Shown one piece after another: positions 30,010 through 41,125 of a stretch of DNA of 64,000 nt (position 1 is the stretch's first letter; each line of letters starts with the position of its first letter). The stretch lies in assembly GCF_000009045.1 (NCBI RefSeq), contig NC_000964.3, forward strand, positions 868,001 to 932,000, in the 5' to 3' direction. The notes below the pieces were generated by a model. That model saw only the letters and a list, made by a program, of their open reading frames with translations, searched no databases and had not been told where the DNA came from. The translations under genes were made by a program, and so were the position numbers. The stretch is from Bacillus subtilis subsp. subtilis str. 168. GTDB lineage: Bacteria; Bacillota; Bacilli; Bacillales; Bacillaceae.

Positions 30010-30867
30010 ATGACCAGCATTCATGAGGATACACACATTGGCTATGCCAAACTCACAATTCGCAGTCTGGAGCGTTCGCTTCAGTTCTACTGTAACGTCA
30101 TCGGTTTTCAAGTCTTAAAAAAGACGGACCGCCAAGCGGAATTAACGGCTGACGGGAAACGCGTACTGCTTATTCTTGAAGAAAATCCGAGCGCTGTCGT
30201 CTTGCCTGAACGGTCTGTGACAGGCCTTTATCACTTTGCGATTCTTCTTCCGGACAGGAAAGAACTTGGGATCGCGCTCGCCCGCCTGATTGAACACGGC
30301 ATTGCTATCGGACATGGAGACCATGCTGTCAGCGAAGCGCTCTACCTGTCTGATCCTGACGGAAACGGCATTGAAATGTACGCTGACCGCCCCCGCAGCA
30401 CGTGGCAGCGTGATCGGGAAGGAAACTACGTCATGACGACAACCGCTGTTGACATTGAGGGCCTTCTGGAAGAGGCAGGAGATGAGCGGAAAACATCGCT
30501 TCCGAACGATACAATCATCGGACACATTCATCTGCATGTCAGTGATTTGAAAGAAGCAAAGGCGTTTTATACAGATGTACTGGGCTTTGACATTGTCGGA
30601 AACTATGCGGGCATGTCCGCCCTCTTCGTTTCAGCCGGGGGGTACCACCATCATATCGGCTTAAACATTTGGGCGGGAAGAAATGCGCCGCCTAAACCGA
30701 CAAATGCCAGCGGACTAGATTATTATACTGTTGTCCTGCCCCACCAAGAGGAGCTGGATTTGGTGGCAAACCGAGTCAAACATGCCGGGTATTCGATTGA
30801 AGAGACGGAAAACAGCTTTCGTGTGAAAGACCCTGTTTCCGGCGCCTATATTACATTTGTGATTTAA
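30010..30867 (+). CDS. catE: Catechol 2,3-dioxygenase (VOC fold)
   Basis: GLYHFAILLP, DPDGNGIE, GHIHLHV, YHHHIGLN. Confidence 0.93.
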   Translation: MTSIHEDTHIGYAKLTIRSLERSLQFYCNVIGFQVLKKTDRQAELTADGKRVLLILEENPSAVVLPERSVTGLYHFAILLPDRKELGIALARLIEHGIAIGHGDHAVSEALYLSDPDGNGIEMYADRPRSTWQRDREGNYVMTTTAVDIEGLLEEAGDERKTSLPNDTIIGHIHLHVSDLKEAKAFYTDVLGFDIVGNYAGMSALFVSAGGYHHHIGLNIWAGRNAPPKPTNASGLDYYTVVLPHQEELDLVANRVKHAGYSIEETENSFRVKDPVSGAYITFVI

Positions 30868-30871
30868 CTGC

Positions 30872-30907
30872 AATCCCCTTGCCGAAATAACGGCAGGGGG
30901 ATTTTTT
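30872..30907 (+). terminator. Terminator after catE
   Basis: AATCCCCTTGCCG/CGGCAGGGGGATT stem plus T tract. Confidence 0.85.
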
Positions 30908-30960
30908 ATTTTTGTCCGCCTTGTTATGATGAGAGAACCAACTTGTTAGGAGGCGTTTAC

Positions 30961-31905
30961 ATGGAACTCAACCACCTTGTGACGGGCAAAATAGCATTAA
31001 ATCAATATGTGCATCGCTTAGAGCAAAAGGATGTTTCATTTTACGTCCACTACTGGGGAGCGATGACGAACCACTATAACACACTGCTTCATAAGCATTC
31101 CTTTTATGAAATTTGTTACGTGGTAAGAGGTGAAGGATATTACCTTGAAGGCGATCGTACATATCCGCTTCGTGAACAGACGATTTTTTTGTCAAAGCCG
31201 GAGCATTTGCACCAAATCAAAAGTGAAACAGGGCTGTTCCTTTTTTACGTCGCTTTCGAGCTGAGCGAGGATCAGTCAAGCGCCGAATGGATCAAAGTGA
31301 TGGAAGAAGTGAAACAAAGCCCCTTTATCACAATGCAATTGAAAGATGGCGAACCGCCGGGCCTGCTTTGGAAAACGTTAATGCTGCAAGCAGCGCAACC
31401 TGTCAATGCTTTTGACAAAGAGATCCTATCTCATTTGTCGCATGCATTGATCCTGTCATTAATCCAAACCTTTCTCCCGTACGCCCAACGCCCGAAACAA
31501 AAGCAGCCCATTCACACATCTTCTGCTTTGCTGACAGAGGTGAAACTGCACATAAAAGACAATCTGTCACAGCCGTTAAAGCTGACGGATGTCGCTAGCC
31601 ACTTTCATATCTCAGGGAGGCATTTATCACGTTTATTTGCAGCAGAACTGGGCGTCAGCTACTCAGAATTTGTCCAAAATGAAAAAATAAACAAAGCTGC
31701 CGAACTGCTGAAATCAACGAATTTGTCGATTAAAGAAATAGCGGAAGAAATCGGTTTCTCAGTACATTATTTCACTCGCGTCTTTTCCGCTAAAATCGGC
31801 AGCTCTCCAGGGCTTTTCCGCTCCCTTTATAAAGACTCAAAAATGACCGCATTTCAAATCAATAAACCTTTTCAAAAAATCGAACAGGCCAAGCCGCACG
31901 AATAA
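30961..31905 (+). CDS. yfiF: AraC-family transcriptional regulator with cupin sensor
   Basis: HKHSFYEICYV cupin motif; C-terminal double HTH. Confidence 0.92.
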   Translation: MELNHLVTGKIALNQYVHRLEQKDVSFYVHYWGAMTNHYNTLLHKHSFYEICYVVRGEGYYLEGDRTYPLREQTIFLSKPEHLHQIKSETGLFLFYVAFELSEDQSSAEWIKVMEEVKQSPFITMQLKDGEPPGLLWKTLMLQAAQPVNAFDKEILSHLSHALILSLIQTFLPYAQRPKQKQPIHTSSALLTEVKLHIKDNLSQPLKLTDVASHFHISGRHLSRLFAAELGVSYSEFVQNEKINKAAELLKSTNLSIKEIAEEIGFSVHYFTRVFSAKIGSSPGLFRSLYKDSKMTAFQINKPFQKIEQAKPHE

Positions 31906-31979
31906 GATGTCCTGAAATGACAAAACAATGTCTTCATATGATAAAGACGCGAGAAATCTCGTTGTCTTATAATCTTTTT

Positions 31980-31993
31980 AGAAAGCGGTTACA
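31980..31993. promoter_or_regulatory. Candidate cre site upstream of yfiG
   Basis: AGAAAGCGGTTACA, one mismatch to the cre consensus. Confidence 0.5.
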
Positions 31994-32079
31994 ACAAGGG
32001 GTATTGCTGAAGGAGGGATGCATTGGCTTATGCTTGGTGTCGGGTGCTCTGCCATTCTTGAAAGAAGGGGAAGAAAGCC

Positions 32080-33528
32080 GTGAGTACAAAAAAGAAAGAG
32101 GCTGTAATAGGAAAAGAAAGCTTAGCTCATAAAGGGCTTTTACGAACGATTACATTGGTATCTACATTCGGCGGCCTGTTGTTCGGTTATGATACGGGTG
32201 TCATTAATGGGGCACTTCCTTTTATGGCAACTGCAGGTCAGCTGAATCTTACACCTGTTACAGAAGGACTGGTTGCGAGTTCCCTGCTTCTCGGGGCAGC
32301 CTTCGGGGCGATGTTTGGAGGACGTCTGTCCGATCGGCACGGCCGCCGAAAAACGATCCTTTATTTAGCCTTACTCTTCATCGCAGCCACACTTGGCTGT
32401 ACCTTTTCACCAAACGCGTCCGTGATGATTGCCTTTCGTTTTCTGCTTGGACTGGCGGTTGGCTGCGCTTCTGTAACGGTTCCAACCTTTTTAGCGGAAA
32501 TTTCGCCGGCAGAACGCAGGGGACGAATCGTGACACAAAATGAACTGATGATCGTAATTGGCCAGCTTCTGGCATACACCTTTAACGCCATTATTGGCAG
32601 CACAATGGGGGAGAGCGCAAATGTATGGCGGTATATGCTGGTCATCGCGACACTTCCGGCTGTTGTGTTATGGTTCGGAATGCTCATCGTGCCTGAAAGC
32701 CCGCGCTGGCTGGCAGCTAAAGGCAGAATGGGTGACGCCCTGCGGGTGCTTCGGCAAATCCGTGAAGACAGTCAGGCACAGCAGGAAATAAAAGAAATCA
32801 AACATGCGATTGAGGGCACAGCAAAAAAGGCCGGCTTTCATGATTTTCAAGAGCCGTGGATAAGGCGCATTCTATTCATTGGGATTGGAATCGCCATCGT
32901 ACAGCAAATTACCGGTGTCAATTCGATTATGTACTATGGGACAGAAATTCTGAGAGAAGCCGGTTTTCAAACAGAAGCTGCATTAATCGGCAATATTGCA
33001 AACGGTGTTATTTCAGTTATTGCGGTCATTTTTGGGATATGGCTTCTCGGCAAAGTCCGTCGCCGGCCCATGCTGATCATCGGACAGATTGGCACGATGA
33101 CAGCCCTTCTGCTGATCGGGATTTTATCCATTGTCCTTGAAGGAACACCCGCCCTGCCGTATGTTGTGCTGAGTTTGACCATTTTGTTTCTTGCGTTTCA
33201 GCAGACTGCCATTTCTACGGTGACGTGGCTGATGCTCTCGGAAATCTTTCCTATGCATGTGCGGGGGCTTGGCATGGGGATCAGCACCTTCTGCTTGTGG
33301 ACAGCTAACTTTCTCATTGGATTCACCTTTCCCATTTTGCTCAATCATATTGGGATGTCGGCGACATTTTTTATCTTTGTCGCTATGAATATCCTAGCGA
33401 TTCTATTTGTGAAAAAATATGTGCCTGAGACAAAAGGGCGGTCACTTGAACAGCTTGAGCATTCCTTTCGCCAGTATGGCCGCCGCGCTGATCAGGAAAT
33501 CCAAAATCAAACAACTCACTTATCGTAA
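32080..33528 (+). CDS. yfiG: MFS sugar porter (IolT-like inositol/sugar transporter)
   Basis: [39 protein letters not shown]. Confidence 0.93.
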   Translation: MSTKKKEAVIGKESLAHKGLLRTITLVSTFGGLLFGYDTGVINGALPFMATAGQLNLTPVTEGLVASSLLLGAAFGAMFGGRLSDRHGRRKTILYLALLFIAATLGCTFSPNASVMIAFRFLLGLAVGCASVTVPTFLAEISPAERRGRIVTQNELMIVIGQLLAYTFNAIIGSTMGESANVWRYMLVIATLPAVVLWFGMLIVPESPRWLAAKGRMGDALRVLRQIREDSQAQQEIKEIKHAIEGTAKKAGFHDFQEPWIRRILFIGIGIAIVQQITGVNSIMYYGTEILREAGFQTEAALIGNIANGVISVIAVIFGIWLLGKVRRRPMLIIGQIGTMTALLLIGILSIVLEGTPALPYVVLSLTILFLAFQQTAISTVTWLMLSEIFPMHVRGLGMGISTFCLWTANFLIGFTFPILLNHIGMSATFFIFVAMNILAILFVKKYVPETKGRSLEQLEHSFRQYGRRADQEIQNQTTHLS

Positions 33529-33554
33529 CCTGAGATACCAGGAGGAATCTATCA

Positions 33555-34496
33555 ATGAAACTATCTTATGTAACAGACAGCCTAGGGCATTTGCCTTTTG
33601 AAGACATGCTCAATTTTGCCGCAAAGCTTGGGATCGATACACTTGAAATGACAACCGGGGGCTGGTCGCCGGCACCTCACTTGAATCTTGATGAATTGCT
33701 GCAAAGCAGCGAAAAAAGAAAAGAATTTTCACAAGCGCTGGAAAAGCGGAACATGACACTTTGCGCATTAAACTGCTCGGGGAACCCTTTAGATCCGGGT
33801 GAATTGGGCAAATCGCACAGAGACATAACTGACAAAACGATGGAGCTGGCTGGATTATTAGGCGTCAAAAAAGTGATCATGATGAGCGGTTTGCCAGCCG
33901 GCGGCCCGGACGACAAAGTGCCGAACTGGATCACATACACAGTAAGCTGGCCTCCCGTTTTAAAAGATATCCTCAACTATCAATGGGAAGACGTTGCGAT
34001 CCCATATTGGAAGAAGCTTGTCAAAAAAGCGGAGGCCTGCGGCGTGGGGAAAATAGCGCTTGAGAACTTCAGCTCTCAATTAGTCTATAATCCTGAGACT
34101 CTCTTTCGGCTCAGAAATGCAGTCGGCCCGATGGTCGGTTTGAATCTTGACCCGAGCCATTTGTTATGGATGGGCGCAGACCCGATCATCGCAGCAAGGG
34201 AGCTCGGCTCAGCCATTCACCATGTCCATGGGAAAGATGTCAGAATTGAAAGATATTTATCGGCGGTCAACGGACTTTTAGAAACAAAAGAAGTGACAGA
34301 TCCTGCAAACCGGGCGTGGAATTACGTAGCTGTCGGCTGTGGACAGGATTTACAGTGGTGGAAGGAATTTTTTTCAGTTGTAAAAATGATGGGATATGAA
34401 GGTGAGGTTTCTTTAGAAATGGAGGATCTGACGATGTCACCTGAAGCGGGCATCCGTACTTCTGTAGAAGCTTTAAAACAAACCATCAGCCAATAG
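33555..34496 (+). CDS. yfiH: Sugar phosphate isomerase/epimerase (xylose isomerase-like TIM barrel, IolE/MocC-like)
   Basis: ALENF, NLDPSHL, HHVHGKD, SLEMED metal-binding motifs. Confidence 0.88.
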   Translation: MKLSYVTDSLGHLPFEDMLNFAAKLGIDTLEMTTGGWSPAPHLNLDELLQSSEKRKEFSQALEKRNMTLCALNCSGNPLDPGELGKSHRDITDKTMELAGLLGVKKVIMMSGLPAGGPDDKVPNWITYTVSWPPVLKDILNYQWEDVAIPYWKKLVKKAEACGVGKIALENFSSQLVYNPETLFRLRNAVGPMVGLNLDPSHLLWMGADPIIAARELGSAIHHVHGKDVRIERYLSAVNGLLETKEVTDPANRAWNYVAVGCGQDLQWWKEFFSVVKMMGYEGEVSLEMEDLTMSPEAGIRTSVEALKQTISQ

Positions 34497-34505
34497 GAGG
34501 TTTTC

Positions 34506-35687
34506 ATGATGCTAAATGGAGAAAGAATCATCTCTAAGCCGCTTCGCTGGGCAATGGTAGGCGGCGGGCGGCTCAGCCAGGTTGGATATAAACATCGTAT
34601 TGGAGCGCTGAGAGACAATACTGCTTTTCAATTAACTGCTGGCGCTTTTGATATCGATGCCGAAAGAGGAAAAGATTTCGGGGTGAACCTTGGAGTGGAT
34701 GCGGAACGCTGTTATCCCAACTATCAAACCATGTTTGCCGAGGAAGCGAAAAGACAGGATGGCATAGAGGTAGTATCGATTGCCACTCCGAACGGCACTC
34801 ATTATGAGATTTGTAAGGCGGCGCTTGAAGCAGGAGTGCATGTCATCTGTGAAAAACCGCTGTTCTTCACTTCAGCAGAGGGGCAGGAAATCAAAGCGCT
34901 CGCAGAGAAAAAAGGGAAAATTGTCGGCGTGACGTACGGTTTTTCAGGCAATCAAATGCTTCTTCAAATGCGTGCGATGATTGAACAAGGAATGATCGGC
35001 GATATTCGCGTGGTTGACTTGCAGTACACACACGGTTTTTGTGCAACAGATGAAGGTGAAAAGATAAGCGCTGCACAGAAATGGCGTGTCGACCCTGCGA
35101 TCGCCGGGCCAAGCTTTGTGCTGGGCGATTTATCTACCCACACGTATTATATGTCACAGCTTATTATGCCAAAGATGAAAATTAAGGAGCTGCTGTGTGA
35201 CCGACAGAGCTTCGTCGGCAGCCGCGCACCGCTAGAGGATAATGCCCATGTGCTGATGCATTATGAAAATGGAGCGGTCGGAACGATGTGGACATCGTCA
35301 ATCAATGCCGGATGTATGGATGGCCATAGAATCCGGATTGTCGGCTCAAAGGCAAGCATTGAGTGGTGGGACAGCAAGCCAAATGAACTGACGTATGAAG
35401 TGCAGGGAGAGCCGGGCCAGACACTCGTTCGCGGCATGCCGTATTTAGATGATGTTTGCAACGCCGATGAACGACTGGGCGCCTTACACAGCGAAGGGCT
35501 GTCCGAAGCATGGGCCAATATTTATCTTAAATTTGCCATTGCGATAGACGCCAAAAACCGTGAAGATGAAGAAATCTTGAACAACTTGGTTTATCCTGAC
35601 ATTGATGCAGGGATCGAGGGCATTCGCTGGATTGAGAACTGCGTGCGCTCGGCAAACCAAGGGTCAGTTTGGGTTGAATTTAAATAA
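34506..35687 (+). CDS. yfiI: Gfo/Idh/MocA-family oxidoreductase
   Basis: Rossmann VGGG, IATPNGTH, ICEKP, DLSTH. Confidence 0.9.
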   Translation: MMLNGERIISKPLRWAMVGGGRLSQVGYKHRIGALRDNTAFQLTAGAFDIDAERGKDFGVNLGVDAERCYPNYQTMFAEEAKRQDGIEVVSIATPNGTHYEICKAALEAGVHVICEKPLFFTSAEGQEIKALAEKKGKIVGVTYGFSGNQMLLQMRAMIEQGMIGDIRVVDLQYTHGFCATDEGEKISAAQKWRVDPAIAGPSFVLGDLSTHTYYMSQLIMPKMKIKELLCDRQSFVGSRAPLEDNAHVLMHYENGAVGTMWTSSINAGCMDGHRIRIVGSKASIEWWDSKPNELTYEVQGEPGQTLVRGMPYLDDVCNADERLGALHSEGLSEAWANIYLKFAIAIDAKNREDEEILNNLVYPDIDAGIEGIRWIENCVRSANQGSVWVEFK

Positions 35688-35698
35688 ATGAGGGAATG

Positions 35699-35735
35699 CG
35701 CCGCATATGACATAAAGTTCATATGCGGTTTTTAT
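35699..35735 (+). terminator. Terminator after yfiI
   Basis: CCGCATATGA/TCATATGCGG stem plus T tract. Confidence 0.8.
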
Positions 35736-35810
35736 TTTCCAGAAACTCCTGTCAAAAATGCCCTGAGGCAGGTATGATAAGAAGGGAATTGGGTATCGGG
35801 AGTGATGAGC

Positions 35811-37013
35811 GTGAAAGCTCTTTTTTTTACGAGAATGTTCACCTTGATGGTGAGCTGTTTAATGTATCTGTCCATTGTGAAAGAGGATAACTGGTTTGGA
35901 TATGTATTTATAGCAGCAGGTGCTGCCATGTATGCAGCCAATCATGTTTTGCTGACAAAAGAGACAAATGCCATCTGGTTCTGCCTGATTGATATTGCAA
36001 TCGGCTTTTCGTTCGGATTTATCTTTCCCGGCACAGGTTTGTTCATTATTATGCTTTGTCCGGTTGCGGTCGCCTTTTTTCTGCGGGGGTTTCCTAAAAG
36101 AACAGCATGGTCTGTCTTATGTCTTTCCTCTATTTTATTTTTGACCGTCCTCATCCGTACATATGCGATGTTCGGCAATGAATTTGTCATTGATCATTTG
36201 ACTAGCATGACATTCGTTGTCTTCTGCGGTGTCGTGGGCAAATTAATCCGCAAGCTGTTGGATGCGCAGGATACGGCAAAACAGCAGTTTCAGGAACTGA
36301 CGGAGTCCCATCTGGCGCTGTCTGCTGCACATCAGGAGCTCCATTTATATGCGAAGCAGGTTGAAGAGCTGACTGCCATTTACGAGCGGAACAGAATGGC
36401 GCGTGAAATCCATGATACAGTGGGGCATAAAATGACGGCCCTTCTCGTCCAGCTGCAGCTTTTGCGTGAATGGCAAAAAAGAGACAGCCAAAAAGCGGAT
36501 GAGACAGTAGGTGTCTGTGAAACACTTGCCCGTGAAGCGCTTGATGATGTCCGCTTATCAGTACGCACTCTGCAAACTGAAAACGATCCTTCGCTAATCG
36601 AATCGCTGAAACAGCTGACAGAGGACTTTTGCAAAAATGCAGGAGTCACAACAGAATTTGCGGTCAGCGGTGATCCTGCAATCATCCCGCTGTCTCTCCA
36701 TCCGACCCTGATCAGAACGGTGCAGGAAGCACTGACCAATGCCAAACGGCACGGCGGCGCCGCAGCCTGTTCGATACAGCTTGCCTGCACAACGGACAGC
36801 ATCAGCCTTGTCATTAAGGATGACGGCAAAGGCAATCCTGAGGCAGCACTTGGTTTTGGTCTCTTGAATATGAAAAAGCGGGCAGCGGAGCATGGCGGAA
36901 TGATCCGCTTTGAAAGCGAACGGGATCAAGGATTTACTGTAAATGCAGAATTTTCACTTGCCAATAAAAAATGGAGCTTCGGGCCCGTGCAGCAAAAGGA
37001 GAGTTTATCATGA
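35811..37013 (+). CDS. lnrJ: Membrane sensor histidine kinase (HisKA_3), linearmycin response
   Basis: ERNRMAREIHDTVGH, QEALTNAKRH, DDGKG, GFGLLNMKKR; formerly yfiJ. Confidence 0.92.
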   Translation: MKALFFTRMFTLMVSCLMYLSIVKEDNWFGYVFIAAGAAMYAANHVLLTKETNAIWFCLIDIAIGFSFGFIFPGTGLFIIMLCPVAVAFFLRGFPKRTAWSVLCLSSILFLTVLIRTYAMFGNEFVIDHLTSMTFVVFCGVVGKLIRKLLDAQDTAKQQFQELTESHLALSAAHQELHLYAKQVEELTAIYERNRMAREIHDTVGHKMTALLVQLQLLREWQKRDSQKADETVGVCETLAREALDDVRLSVRTLQTENDPSLIESLKQLTEDFCKNAGVTTEFAVSGDPAIIPLSLHPTLIRTVQEALTNAKRHGGAAACSIQLACTTDSISLVIKDDGKGNPEAALGFGLLNMKKRAAEHGGMIRFESERDQGFTVNAEFSLANKKWSFGPVQQKESLS

Positions 37014-37672
37014 TTAAGATCATCATTACCGACGATCAGGATATCGTCAGAGAAGGGCTGGCATCCCTGCTCCAGCTCCGAGAAGAGCTCGATGTGATCG
37101 CAACGGCGCGAAACGGACAGGAAGCCTTCGAAAAGGCGAAAGAGCTGGAGCCGGATATCGTGTTAATGGACATCCGCATGCCGGTTTCCAACGGGGTGGA
37201 GGGAACAAAATTAATCACAAGCTCGCTGCCAAGCGTAAAGGTTTTGATGCTGACAACCTTTAAGGATTCAGCGCTGATTGCTGAAGCGCTTGAAGAGGGA
37301 GCAAGCGGGTATCTGCTGAAGGATATGTCTGCAGATACGATTGTAAAAGCAGTGATGACTGTTCATTCTGGCGGAATGGTGCTTCCGCCGGAATTGACTG
37401 CCCAAATGCTGAATGAATGGAAGCGTGAAAAACAGCTGAAAGGAATAAATGAGATAGAAAAACCTAACGAGCTGCTCGACCTGACCGAGCGCGAAATCGA
37501 AGTTCTGGCTGAGCTGGGATACGGGCTGAATAACAAAGAAATTGCCGAAAAGCTTTACATTACAGAAGGCACAGTCAAAAACCACGTTTCAAATATTATC
37601 AGCAAGCTGGCTGTCAGGGACAGAACCCAAGCCGCCATTTACTCGGTCAGATATGGTGTATCTGTCTTTTGA
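37010..37672 (+). CDS. lnrK: NarL/LuxR-family response regulator
   Basis: DDQ, DIVLMDIRMP, LTEREIEVL...TVKNHVSNI; ATGA overlap with lnrJ. Confidence 0.93.
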   Translation: MIKIIITDDQDIVREGLASLLQLREELDVIATARNGQEAFEKAKELEPDIVLMDIRMPVSNGVEGTKLITSSLPSVKVLMLTTFKDSALIAEALEEGASGYLLKDMSADTIVKAVMTVHSGGMVLPPELTAQMLNEWKREKQLKGINEIEKPNELLDLTEREIEVLAELGYGLNNKEIAEKLYITEGTVKNHVSNIISKLAVRDRTQAAIYSVRYGVSVF

Positions 37673-37702
37673 CATATGACGTTTTGCATATACGCTTCTC
37701 TG

Positions 37703-37728
37703 AAAAGGCCTTTTACAGGCCTTTTTTT
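37703..37728 (+). terminator. Probable terminator after lnrK
   Basis: AAAAGGCC/GGCCTTTT stem plus T tract. Confidence 0.7.
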
Positions 37729-37815
37729 CATGCCCTATGTTCTATCTGCCGCTACATGCCGCACGCCTTTCTTTCTTCTACAATGGCAATGGATCAAAAA
37801 AAGGAGTGAGACGAC

Positions 37816-38751
37816 GTGCTGCAAGCAGAAAACATCAAAAAGGCATACGGAAAAAAAACAATCGTGAAAGGCATTTCTTTTTCCCTCAAAAAGGGGGAGT
37901 CGTTCGGTCTGCTCGGGCCTAACGGTGCGGGGAAATCCACAACCATCTCGATGATTTCCGGCCTTGTGCCGCATGACAGCGGGAACATCACGGTGGGCGG
38001 CTATGTTATCGGAAAAGAAACGGCCAAAGCGAAACAAAAAATCGGCATTGTTCCGCAGGAAATTGCATTATATCCGACGCTGACGGCTCATGAGAATCTT
38101 ATGTTTTGGGGGAAAATGTACGGACTTACGCACGGTGAGGCCAAAAAAAGAGCGGCTGAGGTCCTTGAATATGTCGGTCTGACTGAGCGGGCTAAAGATA
38201 AGATTGAAACATTTTCCGGGGGGATGAAACGAAGAATCAACATCGGTGCGGCTTTAATGCATAAGCCCGAGCTGCTGATTATGGATGAACCGACTGTCGG
38301 TATTGACCCTCAATCGAGAAATCACATTTTAGAAACGGTCAAACAGCTCAACGAAACGGGCATGACGGTGATCTATACGAGTCATTACATGGAAGAAGTT
38401 GAGTTTTTATGCGACCGGATCGGGATAATTGATCAGGGGGAAATGATTGCGATTGGCACAAAAACTGATTTGTGCAGCCGCCTTGGGGGCGATACCATCA
38501 TTCAGCTCACGGTCAGCGGGATCAATGAAGCGTTTCTTGTGGCGATCCGATCTCTGGCCCATGTGAATGATGTAACAGTACATGAATTAGAGCTCAAAAT
38601 TGACATTTCTGCGGCTCATCATGAGAAAGTCGTCACAAGCCTGCTTGCTGAAGCCACTGCTCATCATATAAACCTGCTGTCTCTTCAGGTGCAGGAACCG
38701 AATCTGGAGCGCCTGTTTCTGAATCTGACCGGCCGCACGTTGCGGGATTGA
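37816..38751 (+). CDS. lnrL: ABC transporter ATP-binding protein (linearmycin resistance)
   Basis: GPNGAGKS, FSGGMKRR, MDEPTVG. Confidence 0.92.
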   Translation: MLQAENIKKAYGKKTIVKGISFSLKKGESFGLLGPNGAGKSTTISMISGLVPHDSGNITVGGYVIGKETAKAKQKIGIVPQEIALYPTLTAHENLMFWGKMYGLTHGEAKKRAAEVLEYVGLTERAKDKIETFSGGMKRRINIGAALMHKPELLIMDEPTVGIDPQSRNHILETVKQLNETGMTVIYTSHYMEEVEFLCDRIGIIDQGEMIAIGTKTDLCSRLGGDTIIQLTVSGINEAFLVAIRSLAHVNDVTVHELELKIDISAAHHEKVVTSLLAEATAHHINLLSLQVQEPNLERLFLNLTGRTLRD

Positions 38752-38763
38752 GGAGGGACGGCA

Positions 38764-39954
38764 ATGAAAAAAAGCATATGGATCGCATGGAAAGATGTGA
38801 AAATCAGAATCACGGACAGAAAAGGGTTTATGATGCTTATCCTAATGCCGCTCATCCTAACCTGTATTTTAGGCGCAGCGCTCGGATCAGTTGTTGACGG
38901 AGGCAGCCGGATTGATGATATCAAAGTCGGCTACATTCAATCAGACCAGTCAGATACAGCAAACATGTTTACAAAAGATGTTCTCAAAAAAATGAAGTCG
39001 ATAAAGGTCACAAAAGTCGGCAGCAAAGACAAGATGAAAAAACTGATTGATGAAAAGAAAATCGATGTAGGCATCGTTATCCCGAACCATTGGGAAGCCG
39101 GCAAAACCTCAGCTGTTGTTAATGCCGCTCCTGATCAAACATTGAAAAGTTCCATCATTGAAACAGCTGCAAGCTCATTTATAGAGCAATATAAAGCGGT
39201 AAAGGAAGCCGCGTCAGGCTCAATGGACTACATCAGTAAAACGGAAGCTGTAAAGCAAGGAAAACTTGACCCTGCACAGTTTGCAGAAAAGCTGGCAAAG
39301 ACGCTAGAAAAAGAAACAGGTGACAAGCTTACTATTGCGGAAAAATCTGTCGGCAGCAAAGCCGTTACCAGTTTTCAATACTATTCGGCGGCAATGCTTT
39401 GCATGTTTATGCTGTTTCATATCACAGTCGGGGCGAAATCATTTTTACAGGAAAAGGATACGGAGACGCTTGCCAGAATGCTGATGACGCCTGCGCAAAA
39501 ATCCGTCATTCTCTTCGGAAAATGGCTTGGGACGTATCTGTTTGCCATCATACAATTTTTCATATTTCTGATCGTCACAATCAACGTATTTGGTGTGGAC
39601 TGGGGCGGTAATCTGCTGTTAGTGAGTGTACTCGGGCTTTCTTACGCCGCAGCTGTATCTGGTATTTCAATGCTGCTTGCGTCGTGCATCAGCGATATGA
39701 AAACTGCAGATGCGATAGGCGGCTTCGGCATTCAATTGCTTGCGGTTCTCGGCGGGTCCATGCTGCCGCTGTACCAATTTCCGGACGTCTTGCAGTCTGT
39801 ATCCAAAGCGGTGCCAAATCGCTGGGCGCTTGACGGCTTTCTTTCTTTAATGGAAGGGGGAGGCTGGGCTGACCTTCAAAAGCCTGTGCTTCTTTTTGCG
39901 GCGATCGGCTTTTGTTCACTTGTAATTGGTATCAGACGGCTTCATACAAGATAA
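38764..39954 (+). CDS. lnrM: ABC-2 permease
   Basis: N-terminal TM, extracellular domain, five C-terminal TM, P..W motif. Confidence 0.9.
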
Positions 39955-39967
39955 GGAGGTACAAAAG

Positions 39968-41125
39968 GTGAAAAAAATTCTAGCCATTTGCGGCATTGAG
40001 CTTTCTCTCATTTTTAAGAAGCCACAGAACTATTTGATCATGTTTGCTGCCCCGCTTTTGCTTACCTTTGTATTTGGGAGTATGCTCAGCGGCAATGATG
40101 ATAAGGTGCGGCTTGCAATCGTTGATCAGGACGATACGATTCTCTCACAGCATTATATTCGGCAGCTGAAGGCACACGATGATATGTATGTATTCGAAAA
40201 CATGTCTGAAAGCAAAGCGTCAGAAAAGCTGAAACAAAAGAAAATTGCCGGGATCATCGTCATTTCCCGCTCGTTCCAGACACAGCTGGAAAAAGGCAAA
40301 CATCCTGAGCTGATTTTCCGTCACGGCCCTGAGCTGTCGGAAGCGCCGATGGTCAAACAATATGCAGAAAGCGCATTGGCAACGCTCAATATTCAGGTGA
40401 CCGCGGCAAAAACGGCATCTCAGACAGCGGGAGAGAACTGGAAGGCGGCGTATAAAACGGTTTTCGCCAAAAAACATGAAGATATAGTTCCGGCTGTAAC
40501 ACGACAGACGCTCAGTGATAAAAAAGAGGGTGCGGAAGCAAGTGACACAGCCTCCAGAGCAGCAGGGTTTTCCATCCTGTTTGTCATGCTGACCATGATG
40601 GGAGCGGCTGGAACCATTTTAGAAGCAAGAAAAAACGGCGTATGGTCCAGATTGCTTACAGCCTCTGTCAGCCGAGCCGAAATCGGTGCTGGGTATGTGC
40701 TGTCCTTCTTTGTCATTGGCTGGATTCAATTTGGAATATTGCTTCTTTCCACCCATTGGCTGTTTGGCATCAACTGGGGGAATCCGGCTGCAGTTATTGT
40801 ATTAGTGTCACTTTTTCTATTGACCGTTGTCGGCATTGGATTGATGATTGCGGCCAACGTCAGAACGCCAGAACAGCAGCTTGCGTTCGGCAACTTGTTT
40901 GTCATCGCAACATGTATGGTGAGCGGGATGTATTGGCCGATCGACATTGAACCGAAATTTATGCAATCCATCGCTGAATTTCTTCCGCAAAAGTGGGCGA
41001 TGAGCGGGTTGACAGAGATTATCGCTAACGGTGCCCGCGTCACAGATATTCTCGGAATCTGCGGCATTTTGCTTGCATTTGCTGCGATCACTTTCGCAGC
41101 GGGGCTGAAAGCGCTCCGAGCCTAA
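39968..41125 (+). CDS. lnrN: ABC-2 permease
   Basis: GTG at 39968 after AAGGAGG; ABC-2 permease topology. Confidence 0.9.
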   Translation: MKKILAICGIELSLIFKKPQNYLIMFAAPLLLTFVFGSMLSGNDDKVRLAIVDQDDTILSQHYIRQLKAHDDMYVFENMSESKASEKLKQKKIAGIIVISRSFQTQLEKGKHPELIFRHGPELSEAPMVKQYAESALATLNIQVTAAKTASQTAGENWKAAYKTVFAKKHEDIVPAVTRQTLSDKKEGAEASDTASRAAGFSILFVMLTMMGAAGTILEARKNGVWSRLLTASVSRAEIGAGYVLSFFVIGWIQFGILLLSTHWLFGINWGNPAAVIVLVSLFLLTVVGIGLMIAANVRTPEQQLAFGNLFVIATCMVSGMYWPIDIEPKFMQSIAEFLPQKWAMSGLTEIIANGARVTDILGICGILLAFAAITFAAGLKALRA

